Shown here: positions 36,121 to 49,394 of the stretch, piece by piece
Position numbering within the stretch: the first letter of the stretch is position 1
How the letters are laid out: the number at the start of each line of letters is the position of its first letter
Assembly (NCBI RefSeq): GCF_001194135.2
Contig: NC_069001.1
Coordinates: 15,583,368-15,641,096, forward strand
Length of the DNA stretch: 57,729 nt
Source: Octopus bimaculoides
Lineage: Eukaryota
Direction of reading: 5' to 3'
Notes under the pieces: generated by a model
Seen by the model: only the letters and a program-made list of their open reading frames with translations
Databases searched by the model: none
Told to the model about the DNA's origin: nothing
Translations under genes and position numbers: made by a program

Positions 36121-37130
36121 TCACAAATAGTGAGCATTGTTCCACAGGGCACTGTCTTGTGACCACTACTTTTCATAGTGGCCTTATCAGATATGCCTTC
36201 AACTGCTAGGGTAGCCACCCTTGCTAGCTATGCAGATGATACAAAAGTCTCACAGAAAATACAAAACCCCAGTGATGTTGCATACTTGAAACAGGAGCTG
36301 GACTCAATTTACAGATGGGCTGAAGATAATAATATGCAGTTTAATGCTGAAAAGTTCCAAGCCCTGTGCTACCAGCATCCAAAACTGAATATAAAATTTA
36401 CAGGATAACTGGTCGTCAGGGGATTACAATCCCAGAGCCTAAACCAGTGAGGGACCTGGGTATCGACATGAGGGATACCTTTTTCCAAGTGCACATTACC
36501 AGCATGGCGACAAAGTGCAGGTGACTGGCTGGATGGATCCTGAGAACATTCAGAACCAGAGATAAGGAAACCATGATGGTCCTCTGGAGGACATTCGTCC
36601 TCAGCTGCCTGGATTACTGCTCCCAGCTATGGTCACCCAACAGTATCAAATTAACAGCGGACCTTGAAGTAATCCAGTGAAGCTCCACAAAGAAGATCGT
36701 CTCATTGCAACAGCTCTGCTACTGGGAAAAGGTGAAACAGCTAAGACTCTACTCCCTGGAGCAAAGGTGAGAGAGGTATGCAGTAATATACATCTCAAAG
36801 GAATTGTGTCAAATTTTGGCATTGAAAGCTACACCAATGCCTGACTGGGTTGACACTGCACAGTGCCAAAGATCCCAGCAATGCCATCAAACTTCAGGAC
36901 TTGTTACTGCAACAGCCTGGGTTTCAGGGGCCCACAGCTTTTTAATATCCTCCCAAAGAGCCTGAGGGACCTACACAAAGTGGATGTAAGTGTTTTCAAA
37001 TCAAAACTGGGCCTCCTCCTGTTGAGAGTCCCAGATGAACTTACCTCACGGCAAGAGGTGCAAATGAGGGTAGCAACATTAAACTCCCTTATTTACCAAA
37101 TGCTACATATTAGAGGAGGCTCTCAATAAT
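36121..37130 (+). mobile_element. CR1/L2-group LINE RT and 3' fragment
   Basis: VPQGTVL*PLLF..SYADDTKV..WAEDNNMQFNAEKF, RDLG, FVLSCLDYCSQLWSP, GPQLFNILPKSLR..FKSKL. Confidence 0.9.
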
Positions 37131-37790
37131 AACAGTGTAGCAAAACGGCAGTGCCCCAGCATGGCCACAGCTCTGAGCTGAAACTAGAGAGAAAAAAGAA
37201 ATATATATATATATATATATATATTTAATTATATGTATTTCTTCTATCTTAATGAATAAAAAATTCTTCGGATAGAATAAATGGGTTAATAGAAACCAAT
37301 GTAGCAAAGAACACAAAATAACTTTGGTGTTGTTCCTGTTTTTAAGGCAGGAAGTCCTTGAAATTTTTGGTATTTGAGTATATTTAAAAATTTAAGGAAT
37401 GGAGAAGACACATGTTATAATTACATACTTTATTCCTACATATTCCTTAAATTTTTACATATATATATCAAATGGTCGCCTTATAAAACTATTTCGCACC
37501 TACAATAATAGACATATCAACAATCCAACACACCTCCATCATCAGCTACCCCATGGATATCACTATAGTTTCATTTTAACACCTGGGCAGTACCAGTCAA
37601 TCCGGTGGTGTCAACAGCACTATAAAAGAAGTGTTGTTTGAGAACAAACATACCTTAGACATTACCACATTCATTCAATCTTAATTCTAGGAAGGATTAA
37701 ACACCAACATTATTAATTAAGCTACCACAAAGAAACCACATTTACCCTATGTACAAAAACAGAATCAGTAAATTAATTCTATAAGTAAAC

Positions 37791-37856
<66 letters not shown>

Positions 37857-40477
37857 NNNNNNNNNNNNNNNNNNNNNNNNNNNNNNNNNNNNNNNNNNNN
37901 NNNNNNNNNNNNNNNNNNNNNNNNNNNNNNNNNNNNNNNNNNNNNNNNNNNNNNNNNNNNNNNNNNNNNNNNNNNNNNNNNNNNNNNNNNNNNNNNNNNN
38001 NNNNNNNNNNNNNNNNNNNNNNNNNNNNNNNNNNNNNNNNNNNNNNNNNNNNNNNNNNNNNNNNNNNNNNNNNNNNNNNNNNNNNNNNNNNNNNNNNNNN
38101 NNNNNNNNNNNNNNNNNNNNNNNNNNNNNNNNNNNNNNNNNNNNNNNNNNNNNNNNNNNNNNNNNNNNNNNNNNNNNNNNNNNNNNNNNNNNNNNNNNNN
38201 NNNNNNNNNNNNNNNNNNNNNNNNNNNNNNNNNNNNNNNNNNNNNNNNNNNNNNNNNNNNNNNNNNNNNNNNNNNNNNNNNNNNNNNNNNNNNNNNNNNN
38301 NNNNNNNNNNNNNNNNNNNNNNNNNNNNNNNNNNNNNNNNNNNNNNNNNNNNNNNNNNNNNNNNNNNNNNNNNNNNNNNNNNNNNNNNNNNNNNNNNNNN
38401 NNNNNNNNNNNNNNNNNNNNNNNNNNNNNNNNNNNNNNNNNNNNNNNNNNNNNNNNNNNNNNNNNNNNNNNNNNNNNNNNNNNNNNNNNNNNNNNNNNNN
38501 NNNNNNNNNNNNNNNNNNNNNNNNNNNNNNNNNNNNNNNNNNNNNNNNNNNNNNNNNNNNNNNNNNNNNNNNNNNNNNNNNNNNNNNNNNNNNNNNNNNN
38601 NNNNNNNNNNNNNNNNNNNNNNNNNNNNNNNNNNNNNNNNNNNNNNNNNNNNNNNNNNNNNNNNNNNNNNNNNNNNNNNNNNNNNNNNNNNNNNNNNNNN
38701 NNNNNNNNNNNNNNNNNNNNNNNNNNNNNNNNNNNNNNNNNNNNNTATATATATATATATGTATGTATATATGTATGTATATGTATGTATATGTATGTAT
38801 GTATATATGTATGTATATGTATGTATGTATATATGTATCTATATATATATGTATGTATGTATATGTGTATGTATATATATATGTATGTATGTATATATGT
38901 ATATATATGTATGTATGTATGTATACATGTATGTATGTATATATGTATGTATGTATATTTGTATGTATATATATGTATGTATGTATGTATATATGTATGT
39001 ATATATATATGTATGTATGTATGAAATGACAGACAAGGTTGTTGTTATTGTTGTCATTGTTGTAACCCTTGTGCTGTCTGATTCAAGCAGACAGTCCAAC
39101 ACACACTATGTAATATGCTAAACCAAACCGACAGGGTTTAGCAGAGCTGTTGGTGTATGAATTTGGTCTCTGTTGTTAGGAAAGATGACAGCAAAATGGG
39201 ATGGTGGTGGTGGTGGGGTGTCCGGGTGTGATGTAAGACAAATCTGGAGAATCTCGTTGAGCTGGTTCTGACCAGAAAGTTAATGAAGGAAGAATAAAAA
39301 GAAAGAAATAAAAGACAGGTCAACTGATGATTGGCTACAGGTGAGACATTTGATTTGTGGCGTGTGTGTGAGAGAAAAGAGAGAGAGAGAGAGAGAGAAA
39401 GATGTGACCAAGTGACACTGAATGAAGGTTAGTTATTAATCAATTTAGGTTAAAAGCAGTGAAAATAAAGAGAAAGGGGGAAATAGAATGGGATAGAAAT
39501 TTCCTTATTAGGTCAAACATATGTGAGATATTTAAGGGGAATATTGGCTCACTGAAGTCCAATTTTCACAATGTCAGAACAAAAGATGGTCAGGTCACTT
39601 AACCTTCCCCCACCCTCCGCACCATAGGGCCAAGGTAATGACTAAAAAAAAACATGCAAAAGGGGTCAACTTTGATGGGGCTTACCAATAGTTTTGTATC
39701 CCCTTTTTTTTTCAACCTCTTTTTGTCCCTGTTTTTAAAACATTCACATCCATGTTCTCTTAATTTTTTTTTTAAATTTAATTAACCCTAATTAACCCCA
39801 TCAATACCAACATACCCTGAATAGCAGCAACTTGGCACAGTCATTAATATGTCAGACAGAAAGCTTGGTAGTATACATTCTGATTTTTTATGCTCTGAGA
39901 TCAAATCCCACCAAAGGCAACTTATCCTTTTATTATTTCAGGGTCAATAAATAAACTATCAGTCCAAAGTATTGGATTGGAGGAACTGTAAGAATGTCGA
40001 CTTTGATGTTTTGCAGTTTTTTGCCTTGCCTCTTTGTGTAAAGAGTTCCAGTCCTGGTTGGTAGACCTAACCCATTGCTAAGTTTAATACCACCATTTGG
40101 CAATTTTCGTGCCTTCAGCGGGTTCCACTCTGTTGCAGACATTTGGACTAGATCTCTAGTTTGAGAATATCTTTATCCTTCCAACCACTTGTCTTGGAGG
40201 CCTTGTAATATGTCAAGGGCATTGCTCCTCACATTGCCATATTCTCTTCTATATCAGCTTACTTTGATGAGCATAAAGTTATATAATCGGATTGTTACCT
40301 AACACTCCATTTCAGGTAATATATCATCATTATCGTTTAATGTCTGCTTTCTATGCTGGCATGGGTTGAACGGTTTGACTGAGGACTGGCAAGCCAGGAG
40401 GCTGCACCAGGCTCCAATCTGATCTGGCAAGGTTTCTACAGCTGGATGCCTTTCCTAACACCAACTGCTGTGAGATT

Positions 40478-40711
40478 GGTCTAGCTGGCAGAAACGTTAG
40501 CACGCCGGGCGAAATGCTTAGTGGTATTTCGTCAGCCGTTACATTCTGAGTTCAAATTCCGCCGAGGTCGACTTTGCCTTTCATCCTTTCAGGGTCGATA
40601 AATTAAGCACCAGTTACGCACTGGGGTCGATGTAATCGACTTAATCCCTTTGTCTGTCCTTGTTTGTCCCCTCTATGTTTAGCCTCTTGTGGACAATAAA
40701 GAAATAAGAAA
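40478..40711 (+). mobile_element. SINE family B, young copy
   Basis: Near-identical to 5523-5753. Confidence 0.88.
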
Positions 40712-40950
40712 ACTGAAAGAAGCTCATCNNNNNNNNNNNNNNNNNNNNNNNNNNNNNNNNNNNNNNNNNNNNNNNNNNNNNNNNNNNNNNNNNNNNNNNN
40801 NNNNNNNNNNNNNNNNNNNNNNNNNNNNNNNNNNNNNNNNNNNNNNNNNNNNNNNNNNNNNNNNNNNNNNNNNNNNNNNNNNNNNNNNNNNNNNNNNNNN
40901 NNNNNNNNNNNNNNNNNNNNNNNNNNNNNNNNNNNNNNNNNNNNNNNNNN

Positions 40951-40995
<45 letters not shown>

Positions 40996-40999
40996 CATA

Positions 41000-42328
41000 C
41001 ATGGTATCCATAAAGTCTTTTTACAATTTAAAAAATTTATTACAAAGGCAATTGATATCTTAATCAGACTTGTTCTATTGTACTCAGTGGTTTTCAAAGT
41101 TTTTAGTCACATTGCATTTTTGTGTTTCAGGCATCCTGCAGATTAAAGAGGCTTTTTTTAATGAAACCCTAAGAAATGGCTACTCCTCAAGAGATGGCAC
41201 AATGTGTATCATTGTTTATTGAGACAAAATCAGATACACAGACTTAATGAAACTACAAAACAAAGTATGGAAGAGATCCACCATCATGTCCGTTAATTCG
41301 TGCATGGCTCAAGGAATTTATGGAAACAGGGACAGTGTTAGGTAGAAAGAAGAGTGGGCAATCAAGAACATCAGAGGAAAACATTGATCGTGTAAGAGAA
41401 ACCTTTTCTCGTTCTCCCACAAAGTCCTTCCATACTGCTGTCAGACAGAGCTACCACATTCAACAGTACATAAGGTCCTACACAAGAACCTGCGATTGTA
41501 CACTTACAAAGTGCAACTCCTACAGGCAATCGAGCCAAATGATAAACCAGGACAAAAAGATTTTGCAGTTCACATGCTGCAACTAATTTCTGAAGGTGAA
41601 ACATTCCTCAGGCGAGTTTGTTTTAGTGACGAGGCAACCTTTCATATTTCAGGAAAACTGAACAAACACAATGTGAGAATTTGGGGATCAGAACACCCCC
41701 ACATGACTAGAGAAGTTCAGCGAGATAGTCCCAAAGTGAATGTCTGGTGTGGGATTATGTACAATCGAATTATTGGTCCATTTTCTTCAACAAGAGATAA
41801 ATTACTGCAAATGTCTACCTTGACATTTTGACCGAATATGTGGCATCACAACTCCAGGACCTTCAACCAACCATCATTTTCCAGCAAGATGGTGCTCCAC
41901 CACATTGGGGACTGCATGTTCGTGAGTTCTTCAGTCAAACATTTCCAGATTGTTGGATTGGAAGGGATGGGCCAATTCCATGGCCACCACATTCACCAGA
42001 TATCACACCTCTGGATTTCTTTGTATGGAGCTATGTTAAAGGTATTGTGTATCGAACAAAGATACAGTACATTACAAAACTAAAGTAAAAGATAACAGAT
42101 GTGATTGCAACTATTGATGAGGCTATGCTACAGCAAACATGGCACAAAATCGAGTACCATCTTGATGTGTGTCATGCGATTAATGGTGCCCAAATAGAAG
42201 TGTATTAAATGAGATGTAAAAAACTTTGAAAACCACTGAGTACAATAGAACAAGTCTGATTAAGATATCTTATCAATTGGCTTTGTAATAAATTTTTTAA
42301 ATTGTAAAAAGACTTTATGGAGACCTTG
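41000..42328 (+). mobile_element. Tc1/mariner DD41D (rosa/Visitor) transposon with long TIRs, decayed
   Basis: TIRs of about 110 bp; FSDEATFH..NKHNVRIWG, QQDGAPPH..WIGRDGPIPWPPHSPDITPLDFF gives 41-residue spacing; frameshifts. Confidence 0.92.
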
Positions 42329-43720
42329 TGTGTGTATGTGTGTGTGTGTGTGTGTGTGTGTAGGTATGTATTATTTGTGTCTGTGTTTGTTCCTCCACCA
42401 TCGCTTGATAGATATGTACTAGGCTTACAAAGAATAAGTCCTGGAGTCAATTTGTTTGACTAAAGGTGATGCTCCAGTATGGCTGCAGTCAAATGACTGA
42501 AACAAGTAAAAGAGTAAAAGAGTATGTTTCTTTATGTATGTGTGTATGAATGAATGAATGACTGCTGCATAAAGAAGTGCTGATTTTTGATTGTGGAGGG
42601 AACCTGTGGAAGGAGTAGACCCAGGAAAATTTGGGTTGAAGTAGTGACAAATGATCTTCAGCCATTGAGCCTCACAGAGGAGATGACAAGTGCCGAAGGT
42701 TTCTGGCAATTTGCTGTGCTTGAGAAGACACATCAGGTTAAATACAATCATGGCCATCCACACATACATGCATGTCCTTTACACACACACATTATCTGAC
42801 CTCTGTCAGAATTACCCCATCTTCTCAATACATGCTGCTGGCTCCTCCTCTCCACTCTCCCTCATGCACCTCACCCACTGCAAGCCCCCTCCCCACTCTC
42901 TCACATGTGCCTATCCGCACACTCTCTATGCCTTATATATCTTCCTTACCCACCTCCTTGCCACTCCAATTTTGCTCACCATCACTTGCTACAGTCATGT
43001 CTTCCCCATTTCTAACAATATCCCCTCACATTCTTATAGAACATCCCTCTCTATTTTCTCTGTACTATTATACCCCCCCCCCTCAAACCATGCCAAAACT
43101 GACCTTAGTCTGATTAAGATATCTTATCAATTGTCACACAAAATGTACTCAGTCCACTCTGTGGGGTGGTTGGTGTTAGGAAGGGCATCCAGCCATAAAA
43201 ATCATGCCAAAACAGACACAGAAGTCTGGAGCAGTCTTCTACCTGGCCAGCTCCTGTCAAACTAACCAACCCACGTCAGCATGGAAGGTGGACATTAAAC
43301 GATGATGATGATGACTGTTTCCTGTGGATAGATCCCAATACATCTCTAATACCATCTGTTTCTCTCCCTTTCTCTCTCTCACTCACTCTGACTGTCTCCC
43401 TGTCTCCCGCTTCATAGATACCTCTAAGACCTGAGGATCAATGGAGTTGATTTTCTTCCTCAACAAGTTGATGGCAAGGAGTAAATTGCAGAGGAAAACC
43501 TTTCTAGGCAAGAAAGACCGAGTATACAGGCTAGGTTGAGGCCTAGGATCTGACACAGTACTTGTAACAAGAGGATGAAAGATGAAATCGTCAAGATGGC
43601 CTGTGTGGAGAGGTGGCCCAAGATCAACCTTACTGGAAAAAAATGGGGAAAAGTTAGTGACAGGAAGAGTATCCAGCTGTAAAATTATGTCTCAATAATT
43701 TCTATTTATCTAACCCATGC

Positions 43721-43760
<40 letters not shown>

Positions 43761-43814
43761 TCACACACATATATATAGTACATATACATCTGCACACAAA
43801 TATGTAAACAAGCA

Positions 43815-43900
<86 letters not shown>

Positions 43901-43997
43901 CAGACTCAGACTCACATAATATATTAATAATCAATATGTATAAATATATATACAAAACAATTATTTCTTTCTCTCTCACTCTGTATGTATGTATGTA

Positions 43998-44048
<51 letters not shown>

Positions 44049-46080
44049 TGTGTGTGTGTGTGTGTGTGTAAATGTATATGTGTGCATGCACACACATACA
44101 CAGATATATCTATATATGACCGAGGAGTGTCTTTTGATAGATGACAGACACCAACACAATTGATATTACTAAATGACTGTGAGATTTTCTTTTGGTTTAT
44201 CTAACATCAAATACAACAAACAAAAGCTGCAGAGATGTCCATTTATACAATATAAATACACACACACACACATAAGTATGTATATATTGTTCGCTTGTTG
44301 TGTCCAGTAATTTTGTACCTTCTCCGTTGATGTATAAGGACATTATCTAATGCATCCGCTTGTATTATTTTTGAGTATAATAGCCACGCTATGAAAGTAT
44401 TGGCATTCAACAGTAAACTATAAACCCTTTCACGGAACAATAAGTCATTAACAGCTTTATACAATAACACAAGAAGCAGACAGGCAGACGGACATATGGA
44501 CAAGCTGATGGTCAGAGAACGGGAAATAAGTACATGTCTAGCCAGTGCCATCCAGAATATTTGTTGATCAGGTTCTACAAGTATGTCACTGGAAAAGATG
44601 TTGTTGTTTAACCCTAGGCTAGCCATCATCCAGCAGACATAGGATCAAAAGACACTTCAGCTACGTGTTTTCCGCCTTTCCTGTATTATACTGATGCAAC
44701 ATTGATTTTCTGGAACTTTTAGTTCCAAAGCCACTCTAGATTATTTATCTTTTACCAAATTAGGGGTGGTCACATTCTAAACAAATATTAAGTTTACTTA
44801 AACAATTAAATGAAATACAGATATCATAGCTGTGTGGTAAGAAGCTTGTTTCCCAAGCACTTAGTTCCAGGTTCAGTCCCACTGTGTGGCACCTTGGGCC
44901 AGTGCCTTTTACTATGGCACCGGGCCTTGTGAGTGGATTTGGTGGATGGAAACTGAAAGAAGCTTGTCATATATATGTGTGTATGTATGTATGTGTGTGT
45001 GTGTGTGTGTCTGTACCTGTCTTTCCACCACCACTTGATAACTGGTGTTACATCCCTGTAACTTAGCAATTTCTTACTTTCTTTCCTCCTTTTACTATAT
45101 AATATTATATTGTAACTGAAGAAACCAACCAACCAACCAATATTTATATCATCCATTATTATTATATAGAGATAAATCAACCACTAACACTTGGACAGTA
45201 CTTAACTGACCCTAAAGAAGGATGAATGGCAAACCTGATCTTTTCCTTGATCCCACTTTTTAGTTAGATTAGGGACTATTGACAGATGTGGCTGCCTCAC
45301 AGGGGTTTGGTTTGAGAGAGATTTATAAAAAGATAAAACCGAGCAAGAGGGAGAAAACACTCTTTGATTGGCACTAACCCTAACCCTTAATTTATCAACC
45401 CCCAAAAGGATGAAAAGTAGTTTGACTGAATTATGATTTGAACTCAGAATGCAGGGAGCTGGAGCTTATGCTGCAAAACATTCTATCTAATGTTCTACCA
45501 GTCTCACCAGCCATGTGTTCTCTTTGTGTCAGAGGTCAACTTGCCAAGGCTTCCCTGTTCCCTCTGTGCTGTGCTGCCTGAATACAACCACCCAACTCTT
45601 GTTTCCAGTATAATCTTTGATGTTGTCAGTCCACAAACGTCTTTAACAGCCTGTTGCTCTCTTCTCCTCTACACTTCCTTTCATGATGGTTTTGGATAAT
45701 GACTCCTGATGCATTGCATATCCAAAATGTGAAAGCATTGTGGACTTGGTTCTTAACATTAGATGTCTTTTCGCTTTCAGCTTTTCTAATACCGCAGCAT
45801 TTGTTACCCAAACCTTTCAGTTTATTTTTCCTAATCTGTGAAAGATTCACATCTCAAAGACTTCTGTGTTCTTTGTTGTTCTAATTATTTTTCAATTGGG
45901 CAGTTTTAAGTTGAAATGCCTTTGATCAAAGAAGGCTGATCAGAGGTTTAAAAAAACCCAACAAACCATAAAGACCTTAACCCTTAACCTTAACCCCAAA
46001 TCTGTATATTGAAGTGATTCCATATCGCTCTTACTCTTCATTTTGATTGATATTTCTGTCTTTTTTTTCTTCAAATCTAG

Positions 46081-46229
46081 CCTTCAGAAGGTTTGTTAGT
46101 TACAAAGCAGAGCACCCAATATAGTTATGAAGTAGGGAGCATAGAATCACTTTCATTTATTGATGAACAAGACCTGGTTCTCAAACAAGTGCATATTCCT
46201 AATGAATATATCTCTGATGTCAAGACAAA
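46081..46229 (+). CDS. CCDC180: CCDC180/CFAP76-like exon (phase 0-2)
   Basis: Polypyrimidine tract ..tctag/CCT..ACA AA/gtaagt; PSEGLLVTKQSTQYSYEVGSIESLSFIDEQDLVLKQVHIPNEYISDVKT(N); splices in frame to 49313. Confidence 0.8.
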
Positions 46230-46774
46230 GTAAGTCCTTCTCATTGTATCTCTGTCTTTATTTTATACAGTAGATTACCTATGTATGTACAGACATGCAA
46301 TACACGCATGTATATATTTAGGTGTGTTTTTGTGTATATCTGTGTGTGTGGACTTATTTTATACTATTTATGTTTGTGTTGTTATCAGTGTCAGCTATGA
46401 CTGAACAAGTGGTGTTCCATGTGGTGTAAGGTGTATGTTGCTTACTGGTTTCAGCTGGAGGAGTTGAATTGGTGGAATTATGGAAGAAAACATTAAAAAA
46501 AGCAGTTTTAAAATGGTCTTCTTTGCTTGCACATCTTACATTGAATGTATGTGTGTGTGTATTCACCTGTATTATGTATGCTTGCATGTGTGTAAAAAAA
46601 AAAAAGTGTAGCGGTGGCAGTGTGGTTACAAAGTTTGCATCATAATCACATAGATATGTGTTCAGTCCTACTGCACAGCACCTTAAGTGATTGTCTTCTA
46701 TTATACATTTGTGAGTGGAATTAGTAGAAGGAAACTGAGAAACATATATATGTGTGTGTATGTGTATATATGTT

Positions 46775-46863
<89 letters not shown>

Positions 46864-47397
46864 ATAATTCTAAAATTCTAGAGATGTTTGTGTGTACCCA
46901 AATATCTCAGAAACAGTATATTTTATCTTAATCTTTTTTTGCGTATTTATTTTCATACTTATTTTCATGCAGTACAAATTTTTGTGATATTTGGACCTCT
47001 ATTTAAACGATTAAACACAATTTTTGTTTGTTGTTTCTTGACAAAAAAAAGTTTGCAGAATTGCCAATATGGCCAGGGGGAAAAGGTTTTCAATTTAGTT
47101 GTATTTAGCATAATTTCACTTACTTATGGTTAGGTTTTATTAAATTTTCATTAGATTTAGGCCTTATTTTTTTCTGTAATTCCTATTCTGACATTAAATG
47201 AGTCAACTTCCGGTACAAATGTTTACATTTTGTAACTCTCTAAAAAAAAGAAACCTCAACAGTTCAAATTAAATAAGTCTAGAAGTTGGGTTAAATATAT
47301 GTACATGCATAAGTACCATGAATTCCCATTCTACAAACTAGCAAATAATTCCATGAATAATTTACCAGGCAACGCTGGATAGTAAGTCTATATATAT

Positions 47398-47562
47398 TGT
47401 TGTGTCGATGCCCCCAGGCAAAAAAGTAGGATCTCCCAAGACATATAAATAGAGGTAGTCTGGCCGTAGTAGGAGTGTTGAGTAGCAGTCGAGTAGCAGT
47501 TGTGTAGCGGTTGAGTAGAGATCATCCGAAGGTGCTAGATAGCAGTAGCTTGAGACATAACA
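47398..47562 (+). mobile_element. Probable solo LTR (165 bp)
   Basis: tgttgtgtc...gacataaca (TG..CA, 8/9 inverted termini), tatat on both sides, internal tataaata box. Confidence 0.6.
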
Positions 47563-47815
47563 TATATATATATTGATAGATGGATGGATGGATGGATTGA
47601 TATCAGCAAACATAGTCGTGTGGTAAGAAGTTTGCTTCCCAACCACACTGTTCTGGCTTCAGTCCCACTGTATGGCACAGTGGACAAATGTGATCTACTA
47701 TAGCTCAGAGCCAACCAAAAACTTGTGAGTGGATTTGAAAGATGGAAACTGGAAGAAGCCCATCATGTGTATATGTGTGTATTCAGCAGTAGCAGCACCA
47801 AAGCAGTATTTAGGC

Positions 47816-48319
47816 ACAAATGAACTTCAGGTTAGTTAAAATATGTTGTGACATATTTCAACTCCTAAAGGCAAATTCACTGCAGCTGCAGTGAAGAAAA
47901 AAGTCTCTCTTATGGTAAAAAAGTGTTAAAAAAATTTTATCTATCCAGTGTTGCCCTCTGTTGGATCCCCAGATGCATCGTTTCTGGCTCTTTAGCCTTA
48001 ATCAATAGGAAATACTGAAGAGAGGTAACTCTAAGTAGCTTTAAAGTTTCAGTTTTAAATAAAACAGTCAAAAACATTGAAAGAGTTGTACTAATGGATT
48101 GCTTGGTTGGAAGAAATTCAGCAGTATCAGTGCCAAGCAGTGTTTAGGTATAAGGAAGACTAAAGAGCCACAAATGCTGTATTCTCAACACTGGGTAGAT
48201 ATGGTGTTTTTACAGCTTTTACCATGATAGAGAATTTTTTTTTCACAGCAACTGCAGTGAATTTGCCTTTAAAAGTTGAAAATATGTTGCAAATGTATTT
48301 AACAAATCTGAAGTGTTTG
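47816..48319. repeat. Imperfect fold-back, arms about 170-190 bp
   Basis: aaaggcaaattcactgcag, ttatggtaaaa, tatctatccagtgttg and tggctctttag recur in reverse complement in 48155-48319. Confidence 0.75.
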
Positions 48320-49312
48320 CGTCTTTGTATCTGAGTTGTGCTTGTCCTGCACCACTGCTGAACAACCAGTGTTGTTAGTTTGTTTATGTCCCTGTAACTT
48401 AGCAGTTATATCCCATTGTGGTGTCACGTCAAGTGCTGGGCCTCGTGGAGGCAATGTGGCCAATGCCAGTGTCATGTAACTAGCACCCATGCCAGTGGCA
48501 CATAAAAAGAGGCAATGACAAATGACTGTACATGAGTAGAAGACCCATCAAGCCAAGTGAAACTGTAGTCATGGCAGATACTGGTGTCATGCCAGTGGCA
48601 CATAAAAGCAATCATTAAACTCACAGGAGTGGTTGGCATAAGGAAGGGCATCCAGCTGTAGAAACCATGCTAAAACAGACATAAAAATACGCACACACAC
48701 ACATAGATATATACATATATACACACACAACAGGCTTCTTTCAGTTTTTGTTGGTCTGAGGCATTAGCTGAAGACAACTGTCCAAGAGTTCACACTGTGA
48801 GACTGAACCTGGAACCATGTGGCTTGGAAGCAAGCTTCTCGCCACACAGCCACACCTGTGCCTCGATTTTTTTTTCTTTGGTTAGTGAAAGGAATCAAAG
48901 ATATCTTCACACATTTGTTTGATTAAATTTCCCGTCTCAACAAATTCTCTCAATGGTCCAAGTGGACATAAAAAAATTTGGCATTAGAACAAAGACAATG
49001 ACGATGATGGAGGAAAACTTCACTTCCCAAATCATTGATTCTTGTGATGATGATGATGATGATGATGATGAATTATCCAATGAAGTTCCTTGACTATCAT
49101 GTGAAGAAGGAGGGCAATAGCTGGAACATTTAGTGATGGCTGGAAAACTGGGAGGAAGAAGCCAAAGACAGGGATAAGGGAGAGGAGGTACTCAATGGCC
49201 TTGCCAGCTGACTACAGGGAGACAGATTCAGTAACTTCCCAAGTGTCAAAGGGGAGCTGGGCAGAGGAGGTCCATTTAGATATGGCACATAATGTTGTTG
49301 TTATTGTTGCAG

Positions 49313-49394
49313 CATATGCATGAATATGCTGAACCATATGGATCTGTGGTTAGTGGATGCAGTGAAGAAGGCAAAGCAAGCACTGGACATCAAG
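49313..49394 (+). CDS. CCDC180: CCDC180/CFAP76-like exon (phase 2-0)
   Basis: ttgttgcag/C..AAG/gtatgt; ICMNMLNHMDLWLVDAVKKAKQALDIK. Confidence 0.85.

Noticed and set aside
140-41097. Long ORFs containing X runs (for example 8021-8941, 31939-33951, 37793-39121)
   Set aside because: They are open only because N gaps contain no stop codons
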